DNA of 64,000 nucleotides, taken from sequence record NC_017972.1; one strand, written 5' to 3'. Made by a program: the position numbers and the translations under genes. The notes below the pieces were generated by a model. That model worked only from the letters and a program-made list of their open reading frames with translations, made no database searches and had not been told where the DNA came from. Below, piece after piece: positions 9,783-19,430 of this stretch (position 1 is the stretch's first letter; each line of letters opens with the position of its first letter).

Positions 9783-12700
9783 ATGGCAAAACTTATAGGC
9801 ACCGCGCAGGCCACATCATCGTTTCCTGATTATGGATCGGGCGCAGCCGCTTCCGTACAAGACGGCAATATTGCAACCGCGTGGTCTTCTGGCACCGCAT
9901 ACGCGGCGACTGATATTATTGCTTTTGTTTTTCCAGAAGCAGTAAAACTACGAACGCTTAAAGTTCTATTTCGTTCGTGGGCACGAACTATCCAAATCGG
10001 CTATGCAGACGCATGGTCTACAAGCAAAGCTGCGTATACCATTGCCCGCACAGTTGATACGCACGCTACGGCCTCTACTACCGGCGACAGCACCGATGCC
10101 AACGGCAAAGCGTGGTATGCGCCTGCCGGGCCTGCTAGTAGCTATGATGCGGCAAACGTTATCGCACTTCCTGATAATGAAGTTTACGCAAAAGTTTGGG
10201 CGCTTTTTGCTCCCAACGTAGCCTCCGGTTTGGGAGGTGCCACAGGCTCCGTAGACCGGCTGCGTATTTATGAAATGGAAATGTTTGATGACGATAGTTT
10301 GGTATCGTTTGAAAGGCGTCCCGTAAACCCAAGGGTTCCTTTGCCGGCTCCGTCCGCTCCGTATACGGCAGTTCCTAACTCCAAATGGACACGCACGGAA
10401 TATTCCACGGTCGGGCAGCATTCGTTTACGCCGAAACCTGATACCACGCTGGTATTAGCTATCGCAGTTGGTGCCGGTGCGGCTGGTTTTATTGAAACTG
10501 ACGTAGACGGGAATAGCAGCCCGCTAACTTCGTCTTTGTTCGGCGGAAATACCAAAGTTTCTAACGCTGCCGGTCCTATTTTGGAAGCGGGCGGCGGTGG
10601 TGATCGCAGCGCTCCGCTTTTATCGTGGCAAGGCGGCACAATAGTAAACGATGTTAACGGCAGTTCCTCGGACTGGATTAGCGGCCAAGACTTACTAGGC
10701 AACAGCGCACCTTCTGGCGCACCTTCCAATTTCACCAATGGTACAGGCGGCGCAAACAGCAAAATTGGTGGTTTGGGCGGTACTGGTGGATTTACTATAC
10801 CCGCGGGCGCAATGAATGGCGACCTGCTATCCACCACAACGTTTACAGGCAGCGCAGCAATTGTCGGTATTTCCGTACAAAGCCAAGTAAACTTTTTCCG
10901 CGACGTTTCTTACGGGTATCGCAGTAACGGTTCCGTTAACGCAGGTGCAGGCTCCATTACCTTCACCCCGATTAAAATGGTCGCTGGGCAGAAACTTGTT
11001 TTAAACTTCACGAAAGTTTCTAACGGTGCGACCTACGCCTACATGAACGGCGTTCAGTTCGGTGTGGTAGGCGGAACGTCGGGCGGTTCATTTACGTTTA
11101 ACTGTACCGTGACGGGCATGTATACGTTGCAATACGTGCAAAACGGTTCGAGTACCGGACATTTTTCTGCAATTACCAGCCTTTCCATAACCTCTTACGG
11201 GTATGGCAGAAGCTCAGGCGGCGGCTCTGGTGGTGCAGCACTTGCGTATTTAATCCCCGAACCTTTGACGATTGACGTTGGTGCAGGCGGCACGCCTCTA
11301 ACTAGCGGTTATACAATTCCCGCAAATGCTGCGGGTGCGCGTGGTGGTGGCGGTGCGGCGGGCGGTGCTGGCGGTGACGGCGTTGTAATTGTTTACGAAT
11401 ATAGCGGACCTTTGCCTTCAGCGGTTCCGCCCGCACCAGTTTTTTCCAACTACAACACCGCACCGGGATCAACTGTAGCTGGTACATTCCGAACTGATTA
11501 TTTAGGCGAACGATCCACGGCCCTTTACAAAGACCCGACGCTGTATAATCACAGACTGCGGCCTTCGACAAAAACCGTTTTGTTTGTGATGGTTGGCGCG
11601 GGTGGTGGTGGCAACCTTGGCGCTAGTCTGAATTCCCCGCCGACAAAAGTAACGATTGGCGATAAACAATTTATTGCAGAGTCTGGTACTGGTGGGGGCA
11701 ACAGTGGTGGTGCCGGTGGTACGTTTAGTTCCGTACCGGGCGACATTGTAATTATGTCTTCTTCCGGCTCTGGCGGCATGGCTAGCTATCAGGGTTCGAC
11801 GTTACCGGATCAGGCTGTGGTTGCAGGTCGTTATGGTGGCGCGACCAGTAACACGTCGAGTTCAGTTAGTGGTGGTGGTACAGGTGCATATGCGTTTGCG
11901 GCCACTCAAGATTTGCCAGAAGACGGAATTATTCAGATTGAAGTAGCGAATACTTACCCGTCTAATGGTTTTGCTTACAGCAATATGGGTGGTGCGGTTT
12001 TCGTATATGAATCTGAAAGCGATTTCGGTCCGTTTATTTCGCAACTCAGCGAACAAACGCTGATCAAAAGCCCAACCTTTTCGCAGACACAAACCACTCA
12101 GGTTAGCGAGCAGGTTCTGGTAAAGGAAAAACAAACTGCTACGCAAATTTCGCAGGTTAGCGAGCAGACATTTATTCGCGCACGCTGGGCTGATACATGG
12201 ATTTCGCAGCTGTCCGAGCAGGTTTTAATCAGGGAAGATGAAAGCAATAACCCGCTGCAAGTTTCCTATGCAGACGTGGCTTACGTTGTCGATGCAACCG
12301 ATCCAGAAACGGCAGTAACACAACTTTCTCAGCAATCGTTGGTGCGGGATAAAGTAGCGGATACGTGGACTACGAATTCTGTACAGCAAATCCTGCTTAA
12401 AGCGTTCCCTGCAACTTTCCGATTTACGCAGGTTCCACAGCAGGTTTTGATTGCAGAAAACCCGTCCGTTTTCTTCATGAATTTCGGCACGCTGGAAAAC
12501 CCACGAAAGCACGTTTTGTATGATTCTCGGACAGCGCGTGCCACCTCGGTTCCCGAAGGCGCGGTCATTCAGCTGGAGGGCAATTTTGCGCCCGGTTCGT
12601 ACATGGTGATTAACGGTGTAAACGTCGGCCTGTCTAGTCCGATTTCCAATAACGATCAGGTGTCGCTGCATTCCGGCGTTACCAACTACTACCAAAAGTC

Positions 12701-14084
12701 TATTAACGTTTACGCGTATTTCCTGATTAATGGTGAAACTACCCGTGAAATGGTTGGTATCTGGAACGTCATTCAGCCGGATTTGAAACCTGTTGTAACC
12801 CGTGCTTATTCCATTCACTGGACCGCGAAATCGTTCCTGTTCCTGCCTGCGAAATCCACACTTGCCACTGCTGCTAAGTCGGTATTTGCTAGCGCCCGGA
12901 CAATGCTGGCTGCGCTCGTTGAAATCCTCGTTGGTTCCAATAACAGCAAAGCTGTGCAGCTGGTGGAAATCCTGTTTGCGCGTGCGAATATCTCTACCGC
13001 TGCTTCGATGGAATCTGTTTTCACCAAAGCGTTGTCCGCCGCTTCCGATGCAATGGAATCTGTTTTCACCAAAGCGTTGTCCACCGCTTCCGATGCAATG
13101 GGATATGTTTTCACCAAAGCAAAAATTGCGCTGTCCAATCCGTTTAAGTGGGATTACACGCAAGCCAAAGTGGACAAGTTTAAGGCTGACAAATTCGTTG
13201 GCACAGCTGCCTACTACGGCACCTTTGATTCCACGAAAAACTTTGTGCAAACCAAAGATGGGGCTTCGTTTGTACTTCCTGAATACCTCGAAACCAAAGC
13301 CGGTTACGGGAATTATGACAACGCTACGTTTGAACAAAGTTCGGTTAATGACTCTGATTTCAAAATCACGGAGTCGGATCACACTACTGCATATTCAGCA
13401 TTCGACGGAACTGATTATGAGTATAACGACGTAGGAAAATCCACTGAATCCAGCGTTACATGGACTGCTATTCTCGGTTCTGGCTTTGCGCGTCTGTTTG
13501 AAGTCGGCACACTGGGCACAATTGCCTATAGCGTATTGAGCGGCGTTAAATACGAAAAAGGCGGTGGCGTTTCGCTCGATTGGTGGGCAATGCCTACCGG
13601 TACAGCAGCAATAACCAAAGCTGTTTACGGCATGTTTGGCGCCAACGGAATGGATAATGCGAAGTCCAAAATCTCGATGTTTGAGCAAGGGTCTATCGCA
13701 CGTAAATCGGAAAACTTTGATACGTTCCCGACTACACCACTTTGGTTGCAACGGCATAGCTCGACGTTCCAAGCGAAGACGGAAAAGACTCAGCAGCATT
13801 CGAGTATTTTCAACGTCAAGCCGATCTACACAACCAACAGTCACAAACTCGCAGCGCTCTATCCGTATTTGAAATCCGAATTGGTTGTTAAGGGCAATGC
13901 GCCTGCGCTGACCTACATGGGCTTCAATACGCGACAAGACGCGCTTGATTTCACAGAAAACTTCTACGGCGTTAGCGTACTTAATGCCTACAACGGATTC
14001 ATCTACAATCTAGACGTAGACCGTTCGTTCATTTGTGAAATTTCCTACGTTGGACCTATTTCCGGTTTAATGCAGGGCGGTTAA
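9783..14084 (+). CDS. Long tail-fibre-like protein (N-terminal discoidin/F5-8C-like domain, two Gly-rich domains, repeat shaft)
   Basis: A.DGN..TAWSS...RIYEMEMF discoidin-like motif. Two VGAGxxG Gly-rich blocks, QxSEQ repeats and 15-aa repeats. Confidence 0.7.
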   Translation: MAKLIGTAQATSSFPDYGSGAAASVQDGNIATAWSSGTAYAATDIIAFVFPEAVKLRTLKVLFRSWARTIQIGYADAWSTSKAAYTIARTVDTHATASTTGDSTDANGKAWYAPAGPASSYDAANVIALPDNEVYAKVWALFAPNVASGLGGATGSVDRLRIYEMEMFDDDSLVSFERRPVNPRVPLPAPSAPYTAVPNSKWTRTEYSTVGQHSFTPKPDTTLVLAIAVGAGAAGFIETDVDGNSSPLTSSLFGGNTKVSNAAGPILEAGGGGDRSAPLLSWQGGTIVNDVNGSSSDWISGQDLLGNSAPSGAPSNFTNGTGGANSKIGGLGGTGGFTIPAGAMNGDLLSTTTFTGSAAIVGISVQSQVNFFRDVSYGYRSNGSVNAGAGSITFTPIKMVAGQKLVLNFTKVSNGATYAYMNGVQFGVVGGTSGGSFTFNCTVTGMYTLQYVQNGSSTGHFSAITSLSITSYGYGRSSGGGSGGAALAYLIPEPLTIDVGAGGTPLTSGYTIPANAAGARGGGGAAGGAGGDGVVIVYEYSGPLPSAVPPAPVFSNYNTAPGSTVAGTFRTDYLGERSTALYKDPTLYNHRLRPSTKTVLFVMVGAGGGGNLGASLNSPPTKVTIGDKQFIAESGTGGGNSGGAGGTFSSVPGDIVIMSSSGSGGMASYQGSTLPDQAVVAGRYGGATSNTSSSVSGGGTGAYAFAATQDLPEDGIIQIEVANTYPSNGFAYSNMGGAVFVYESESDFGPFISQLSEQTLIKSPTFSQTQTTQVSEQVLVKEKQTATQISQVSEQTFIRARWADTWISQLSEQVLIREDESNNPLQVSYADVAYVVDATDPETAVTQLSQQSLVRDKVADTWTTNSVQQILLKAFPATFRFTQVPQQVLIAENPSVFFMNFGTLENPRKHVLYDSRTARATSVPEGAVIQLEGNFAPGSYMVINGVNVGLSSPISNNDQVSLHSGVTNYYQKSINVYAYFLINGETTREMVGIWNVIQPDLKPVVTRAYSIHWTAKSFLFLPAKSTLATAAKSVFASARTMLAALVEILVGSNNSKAVQLVEILFARANISTAASMESVFTKALSAASDAMESVFTKALSTASDAMGYVFTKAKIALSNPFKWDYTQAKVDKFKADKFVGTAAYYGTFDSTKNFVQTKDGASFVLPEYLETKAGYGNYDNATFEQSSVNDSDFKITESDHTTAYSAFDGTDYEYNDVGKSTESSVTWTAILGSGFARLFEVGTLGTIAYSVLSGVKYEKGGGVSLDWWAMPTGTAAITKAVYGMFGANGMDNAKSKISMFEQGSIARKSENFDTFPTTPLWLQRHSSTFQAKTEKTQQHSSIFNVKPIYTTNSHKLAALYPYLKSELVVKGNAPALTYMGFNTRQDALDFTENFYGVSVLNAYNGFIYNLDVDRSFICEISYVGPISGLMQGG
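13008..13120 (+). repeat. 45-bp in-frame tandem repeat (about 2.5 copies) within the fibre gene
   Basis: ATGGAATCTGTTTTCACCAAAGCGTTGTCC(G/A)CCGCTTCCGATGCA at 13008 and 13053 (1 mismatch), with a partial third copy at 13098. Confidence 0.95.
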
Positions 14085-14090
14085 TTCGTG

Positions 14091-14100
14091 ATAATTTAAA
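14091..14100 (+). promoter_or_regulatory. Candidate phage late-promoter motif ATAATTTAAA
   Basis: Intergenic, identical to 4006-4015. Confidence 0.35.
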
Positions 14101-14126
14101 CAAAATGGCCTTTCTTGGATGACACC

Positions 14127-14546
14127 ATGCTTATACCAAAGAAAAGGCTCAGCGAGGTAGGCAACCGAGTACGACAAAAGTTCAACTTTGTTACGACACT
14201 GTTGACACCGGGAGCACACGAAGACTTTGTATTGGAAAGCGGCGCGTCCGCAATCGTGCAACGTCTTCGTGTTTCTTCTCCGTGCGTGGTGGAATTTTTC
14301 GGGACCGAAGACCACAGCCCGATTATTGACCCCACGCCGTATCGGTTTAAAGCCGTAGCTGGGCACCTGATGGATGACGGCACAACGCAAATGTCGGATG
14401 GAACCGTCATTAAATCGCGACAATATTCCAACTTTATCAACCTTGAAGACCCAGTAAAACCACGGGTTTACGGGCGGATAACAAATACTCAGCCAGTGAA
14501 TGCAACCATTACACTGGACCTGCTTTTTCTGACTGTAGAGGATTAA
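14127..14546 (+). CDS. Hypothetical virion-associated protein
   Basis: ORF track gives a TTG start at 14115. The in-frame ATG at 14127 has a GGA 7 nt upstream. Located in the structural cluster. Confidence 0.7.
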   Translation: MLIPKKRLSEVGNRVRQKFNFVTTLLTPGAHEDFVLESGASAIVQRLRVSSPCVVEFFGTEDHSPIIDPTPYRFKAVAGHLMDDGTTQMSDGTVIKSRQYSNFINLEDPVKPRVYGRITNTQPVNATITLDLLFLTVED

Positions 14547-14549
14547 AGA

Positions 14550-15740
14550 ATGGGCATTGCAATCATGAAAGAAAAGTTCACAACTGCGGGGGAAATCACC
14601 CTCGACATTGTGAACGCTATGATCGCGAATGGTTTTAAAGCGATTTTCCCTGTAGACGAAGGTGGGGTTTTCAAACCGCCTGTTGGTTCTGCAATTGATA
14701 AATGGATTTGCGTGCTGGAAGCAACCGGCGATGTTGACCCGCTGAATAAAACCGAGGTTGTTACTAAGCAACCTTGGCGCATTGCGTTTCAGGTTTATAA
14801 CAACGCCACTATGGGCATGTTTGCTGGTAGTGCGCAGGCGCTGAAAGATGACGGTACTTTGCCGTACACTACTGCAATTGTTCCAGTTGGTTCTCAGGGT
14901 ACGAAAACTACCAAAGTTATTGGCGCTCGCGGTATCATCGGCGACGACTACTCCCCGTATAAAGCTAGCACTACCGACCCAACCAACTACTTCACCGACC
15001 TAGATAAATTCCAGCCACACTGGAACCAAAAAACAGAAGGGTTTATCGACCGTCGTACTAAGGTTTGGGTAGACGCTATTTCCAGCCCGGCCTCCAGCGG
15101 CACTGAAACCCCGCCGGTTCAGCCGACCGATCCGCTGAAAGACGTATCGAACACTTACCCAATGTCGTACTATTTGGTAATTGGTCCGCATGGTTTCTTC
15201 CTGTCGGTTTGGCAGGGCGCCGCAACCAACATGAAAGGTACGGATTTCTCGTGGGTTCTGGTGCAACGCCCCGTTAAACGCGATACCGGCGCCGTTGTTA
15301 CCGAGGGCAAAGCCCCTGTATTCTGTGTTAACAGCGTTGGTAACGTTATTAACCGTTTTGTTGTACGCGAAGCCGACCTGTCGGACGCCAGTGCAATTAC
15401 TCTGGCAACCGAAGACACCAAAGACGGCACCGCGATTATCAACGACAAGAAACAAATCGGCGTTTCTGAAAATAACCAGTACATTGTAAACTATCCGTCG
15501 CGCCTCAACACCCCGCGCTACGCTTACACTTACGAACTGGATATGATCGGTTATGCGTCTGCTACCGTGGTTTCTGGCACTACCGAAATTCCACAAACGC
15601 TTTACGGCGAAAGCACCCCGCGTACCTACATCGGTATGCACTCCAACCTCGAAAACAACAACGGCATGCGCATTGTTGCCGTAAAGGTTGCTCCGGGTAT
15701 TGATAAGCTCGGTGGCCTGCTGGCTCCGCCTGCACCTTAA
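14550..15740 (+). CDS. Virion structural protein, paralog A of tandem pair
   Basis: Shares KQPWRI.FQV, SW.L.QRPV.RDTGAV, GKAPVFCV and RLNT.RYAYTYELDM.GY with 15772..16848. Confidence 0.75.
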   Translation: MGIAIMKEKFTTAGEITLDIVNAMIANGFKAIFPVDEGGVFKPPVGSAIDKWICVLEATGDVDPLNKTEVVTKQPWRIAFQVYNNATMGMFAGSAQALKDDGTLPYTTAIVPVGSQGTKTTKVIGARGIIGDDYSPYKASTTDPTNYFTDLDKFQPHWNQKTEGFIDRRTKVWVDAISSPASSGTETPPVQPTDPLKDVSNTYPMSYYLVIGPHGFFLSVWQGAATNMKGTDFSWVLVQRPVKRDTGAVVTEGKAPVFCVNSVGNVINRFVVREADLSDASAITLATEDTKDGTAIINDKKQIGVSENNQYIVNYPSRLNTPRYAYTYELDMIGYASATVVSGTTEIPQTLYGESTPRTYIGMHSNLENNNGMRIVAVKVAPGIDKLGGLLAPPAP

Positions 15741-15771
15741 CTGATCGCCGAAGAAATAGAGGGTAAAACAA

Positions 15772-16848
15772 ATGGCAGTTTCTGGATTCTATGTTCGTCG
15801 CAGCGGTTATTCGCACGTTGGCGAACTCATGCTTGCTGTAATTAACGACCTGACAGCAAACGGGTTTTCTACTCGTTTTCCTGCTAACTGGGTTCCGCCT
15901 GTAGACCCAGCTGGCCGCGCAGCTTTTTCGGTTTTGCTGGAAGCTGGCGAAAAGGTCGATCCGTTGAATGAAACTTCGCTGCAAAATAAGCAGCCGTGGC
16001 GCATTCACATTCAGGTTTTTGACAAACACACCTGTGGCATTACTGCCGGTTCTCAGCAATCTCTGCGTACCGACGGCACCATGTCGTATACCACTACGGG
16101 CACCACTACCAAAACCCTGCAAGGTCCGCTCGGCGCAATGGGTGGTTACTACACCAAAAACAATAACAACCTCGCAACTTTCTGCCCGGATGATACAAAA
16201 CCTGCCGAAGGTTTTATTAACCGGAAATCGCGTGTAACTATCGGCACCAACGGCGCTACTGATTTGTCGGAATCTTTCCCGATGACCTACAGCCTGTCGA
16301 TCACTCCACGCGGTATTGTTTTCTGCGTGTGGGAAGACTTCCTGTCGGATAACAGCGCTGGTGCAATTTCGTGGTTCCTGATTCAACGTCCGGTAAACCG
16401 CGACACTGGCGCGGTAATCAAAGACGGTAAAGCTCCGGTCTTCTGCGTGTACGGAGCTAACGGCAAGATTAACCGTTTTGTTGTGCGTGAATCTGACGTG
16501 CTGCGTCCGTCCGAACCGGTAGACGCCACCAAAGACACCGATTACAACAACGCGATTATCAACGGTATGGAACAGGTAGCGATTTCGGAGGGCAACCGCT
16601 ATGTGGTTAGTTTCCCTTCGCGCCTGAATACCACGCGTTATGCCTATACCTACGAACTGGATATGCTGGGTTACACCTCGGCAGACGTGGTATCGGAAAA
16701 CACTGATATTCCGCTTCTGGTTTACGGCGAGAAAAACGCTGGCGTCGATGCTCCGCGCACCTACGTTTCGCTGATGGCTAACGGTCCGTCTAACACCGGT
16801 ATGCGTATTGCAGCACTCAAACTCGGCGGCGGGATTTCGCTGACTTAA
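15772..16848 (+). CDS. Virion structural protein, paralog B of tandem pair
   Basis: Same shared motifs as 14550..15740. GAGG RBS upstream. Confidence 0.75.
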   Translation: MAVSGFYVRRSGYSHVGELMLAVINDLTANGFSTRFPANWVPPVDPAGRAAFSVLLEAGEKVDPLNETSLQNKQPWRIHIQVFDKHTCGITAGSQQSLRTDGTMSYTTTGTTTKTLQGPLGAMGGYYTKNNNNLATFCPDDTKPAEGFINRKSRVTIGTNGATDLSESFPMTYSLSITPRGIVFCVWEDFLSDNSAGAISWFLIQRPVNRDTGAVIKDGKAPVFCVYGANGKINRFVVRESDVLRPSEPVDATKDTDYNNAIINGMEQVAISEGNRYVVSFPSRLNTTRYAYTYELDMLGYTSADVVSENTDIPLLVYGEKNAGVDAPRTYVSLMANGPSNTGMRIAALKLGGGISLT

Positions 16849-16871
16849 TACGGGGAAATAAAGCCCCTTTG

Positions 16872-16903
16872 AAGGGGACTCTTTGTAGTCCCCTTTCTTT
16901 TTT
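16872..16903 (+). terminator. Rho-independent terminator
   Basis: AAGGGGACT-CTTTGT-AGTCCCCTT followed by TCTTTTTT. Confidence 0.85.
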
Positions 16904-16920
16904 CTTCTGGAGATTTTTAT

Positions 16921-18018
16921 ATGTCTCTTTTGCAACAAGATGGTTTCGACCACTACGGCACGACCGCGTTTCAATCTGCCACCGCTGTTGCGTCTATTCT
17001 GCTGGTTAGTGGCGGCTATATTCTGCCTACCGGTACATGCAGCGCCGCCACTACCTACGGTAAAAACACCGGTAGCCTTGGCGTTGGTTTGACCGCATCT
17101 ACTGCCGATTTGATCTGGCTGAAAAAAGCAGTAAAACCGCAGAAATGGTTTGCCGAAGGTGGCACCTACGATCCTGCAACAAAATCCACAATTGTTGCGG
17201 GCGCTGCCATTCGCTTCCCGATTAACCCGACTGGCCGTCTGCATTTCGCCAAGCTGGGCAATATCGACATTTTCCTCGGCACTGACTGGTATGTTTATGT
17301 CGGCGACGTTTCCACTGGCTACCAGTGCGAACTGAACATTTGGAACTTCGTTGAACTGGAAATCGATTATACCGCTGGCAAATTCCGCCTGTGGATGACC
17401 GATGCCAACGTGTTTGAAATGAATTTACCCGGTGATTTTGTTGCCGATTTTTGGGAACTTAAAGCTCGCTACGTTACCGGTTCTGGTTCGGGCGTTGTGG
17501 TACACGTTGACGATTTCTACATGATCGACGGTGCAGGCACTTACAATAACCAGCGCGTCGGGAAATCCTACACGCTGACCCGTATGCCAACCGCTGACGC
17601 TGAAATTCAAATGACGCCAAACACCGGCACAAACAACTACAGCCGGGTATCGGAAGTAACGCCAGATTTGGATAGTTCGTATGTGACTTCCTCGACTCCG
17701 GGCGCAACTGATTTTTACACAAACCTTACTGCATTCCCAACCGTGGACGAAGGCGCAGTGCGGGCTGTAACTATTGTGCCTTGCGTGCGAATGCTGGAAC
17801 CGGATTCCCTGTCTGTTACCGCTGTTGTAAAAGTCGGTACAGCTGTGTCGGAAGGCTACCGCATGAAATTGAAAGCGGCGACCTACACTTCCCAAGGCCA
17901 CATTTTTGAAGTGAACCCGCAAACCAACATGCCGTGGAGTCCTTCGGAAGTTCAGAACGCTAAATTCGGTCAGAAGATTCTGGCTAAAGCGCCTGCGCAA
18001 CCTCCGGTAACTCCGTAA
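16921..18018 (+). CDS. Virion protein with ConA/lectin-like beta-sandwich
   Basis: N-terminal LLQQDGFDHY motif, WNFVELEID...FRLWM...VHVDDFYMID beta pattern, GGAG RBS. Confidence 0.6.
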   Translation: MSLLQQDGFDHYGTTAFQSATAVASILLVSGGYILPTGTCSAATTYGKNTGSLGVGLTASTADLIWLKKAVKPQKWFAEGGTYDPATKSTIVAGAAIRFPINPTGRLHFAKLGNIDIFLGTDWYVYVGDVSTGYQCELNIWNFVELEIDYTAGKFRLWMTDANVFEMNLPGDFVADFWELKARYVTGSGSGVVVHVDDFYMIDGAGTYNNQRVGKSYTLTRMPTADAEIQMTPNTGTNNYSRVSEVTPDLDSSYVTSSTPGATDFYTNLTAFPTVDEGAVRAVTIVPCVRMLEPDSLSVTAVVKVGTAVSEGYRMKLKAATYTSQGHIFEVNPQTNMPWSPSEVQNAKFGQKILAKAPAQPPVTP

Positions 18019-18034
18019 CAGTTAAGGAGCGAAA

Positions 18035-19417
18035 ATGGCAATTATTTTCGCAGACGATTTCCAACAATGGCCCGCTGCCCTCGGTAGCGGGTTCGTCGGT
18101 TCGTCTAGTCCGTTCTTAATCACGGAAATGTCAAACCTTCATCTGGTTTATCAGCGTGTCGAGGCAATGGGTTTTCATTTGCCTGCGCTCGGCTATAGCA
18201 GCAACGGCGGCGCGTGGAGTTATCCGACCGTCTACTACGATATCAACAAAAAATTGCTGCAAATCAGTGACTACCGACCGTCCCGCAATCAGTACGCATT
18301 TAGCGGTGCGTCTGGTCTGCGCAGAACAATTTCGTACAAAGGCGATAAACTGTACGCAAGTTTTGCACTGGAATTCGGCGGCGCGGCCACTGATAAAGGC
18401 GATTTCCTTTTGTTCGGCACAGTGCCTGCCGGGCCGAATGACTACACAGCATTCAACGCGGTTCCGCAGCCGTTTCTGTATGCGGTTGGCATTGACGCAA
18501 ACGGCTTCTACACGTTCAACGGTATTTCCACCGAGGCGCAGGCGTTTTATCGCCCTGCGTCTGTGCGCGCTTTTATCGACGTTGTTTTTGCTTCGGATTA
18601 CATGGAGCTTTGGGTTAACGACGTGATGGTTTCGCGACAAGATAGTCTCGGTATTATGCCAACTGAAATTGCGCTAACTATGGGCAAGATTGGTGGCACC
18701 AACGGAACTAGCGGCGTCGTTATTTGGGTGCATAGCTACATGCTTTCGGATAATTCCGGTGGCTTTGGTCAGCGTATGGGCCGCAAGGTCGTGAAAACCC
18801 AACAGGTCCAAGCGATAACTACCGACGCCACGGTTTCCGCGTCTCCGGCAAACTCTACCGCGCTTTCTGTAATTCGGAAATATGCGGATGATCCGGCGGC
18901 TTTGACCAGCACCAATATGATCGGCCATTTGACCTCAAGCGCTGGCTACACAAATATGGAATTTACCGTGCCTGCTTACACCGGAAATGGGAACGTATAT
19001 GCTGTGATTGTACATGCACAGTTTAAACGCCTTACTCCGTCCGGCGACGGTTTAGGATTGCGTCCATATGCTACGGTTTCCGGCACCAAAAAATGGGGCA
19101 ATGTCACGGCACCTAGCTCGACGTGGAAGCTGCACACATTGGAACTGGAAGCTGTACCAAAAGACACAACCACTTTTGGATTCCTGTACGACTATGCAGA
19201 CACTAACAAGCTGTATATTTCCGACGTGGAAAAAGTCGAAGTGTATGGCAACCCTGCGCCCGCACATAAACTATATTCGTATCTAGGACAGCCCACCTTT
19301 AATCTGACGGGCGCGGAGACTGCGACGTTCGATGCCTACGTGTTCGATTACGCGCGTAGCAATCTCAGCCTGACAAAAACAGATATTCAGAACATTTCGT
19401 TTATGCAAAATCAGTAA
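18035..19417 (+). CDS. Virion protein, distant paralog of 16921..18018
   Basis: N-terminal IIFADDFQQW mirrors LLQQDGFDHY. MELWVNDV...VHSYMLSD mirrors the paralog core. AAGGAG RBS. Confidence 0.6.
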   Translation: MAIIFADDFQQWPAALGSGFVGSSSPFLITEMSNLHLVYQRVEAMGFHLPALGYSSNGGAWSYPTVYYDINKKLLQISDYRPSRNQYAFSGASGLRRTISYKGDKLYASFALEFGGAATDKGDFLLFGTVPAGPNDYTAFNAVPQPFLYAVGIDANGFYTFNGISTEAQAFYRPASVRAFIDVVFASDYMELWVNDVMVSRQDSLGIMPTEIALTMGKIGGTNGTSGVVIWVHSYMLSDNSGGFGQRMGRKVVKTQQVQAITTDATVSASPANSTALSVIRKYADDPAALTSTNMIGHLTSSAGYTNMEFTVPAYTGNGNVYAVIVHAQFKRLTPSGDGLGLRPYATVSGTKKWGNVTAPSSTWKLHTLELEAVPKDTTTFGFLYDYADTNKLYISDVEKVEVYGNPAPAHKLYSYLGQPTFNLTGAETATFDAYVFDYARSNLSLTKTDIQNISFMQNQ

Positions 19418-19430
19418 GGAGTAGCCCGCT

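Noticed and set aside
13008-13120. Possible CRISPR-like or DGR template/variable repeat
   Set aside because: Units are contiguous, in frame and without spacers. No adenine-specific mismatch pattern and no reverse transcriptase in the window.
1735-17244. Long - strand ORFs over the structural genes (e.g. 1735..2805, 5645..6661, 8534..9814, 12225..13382, 15580..17244)
   Set aside because: Antisense shadows of well-supported + strand genes.
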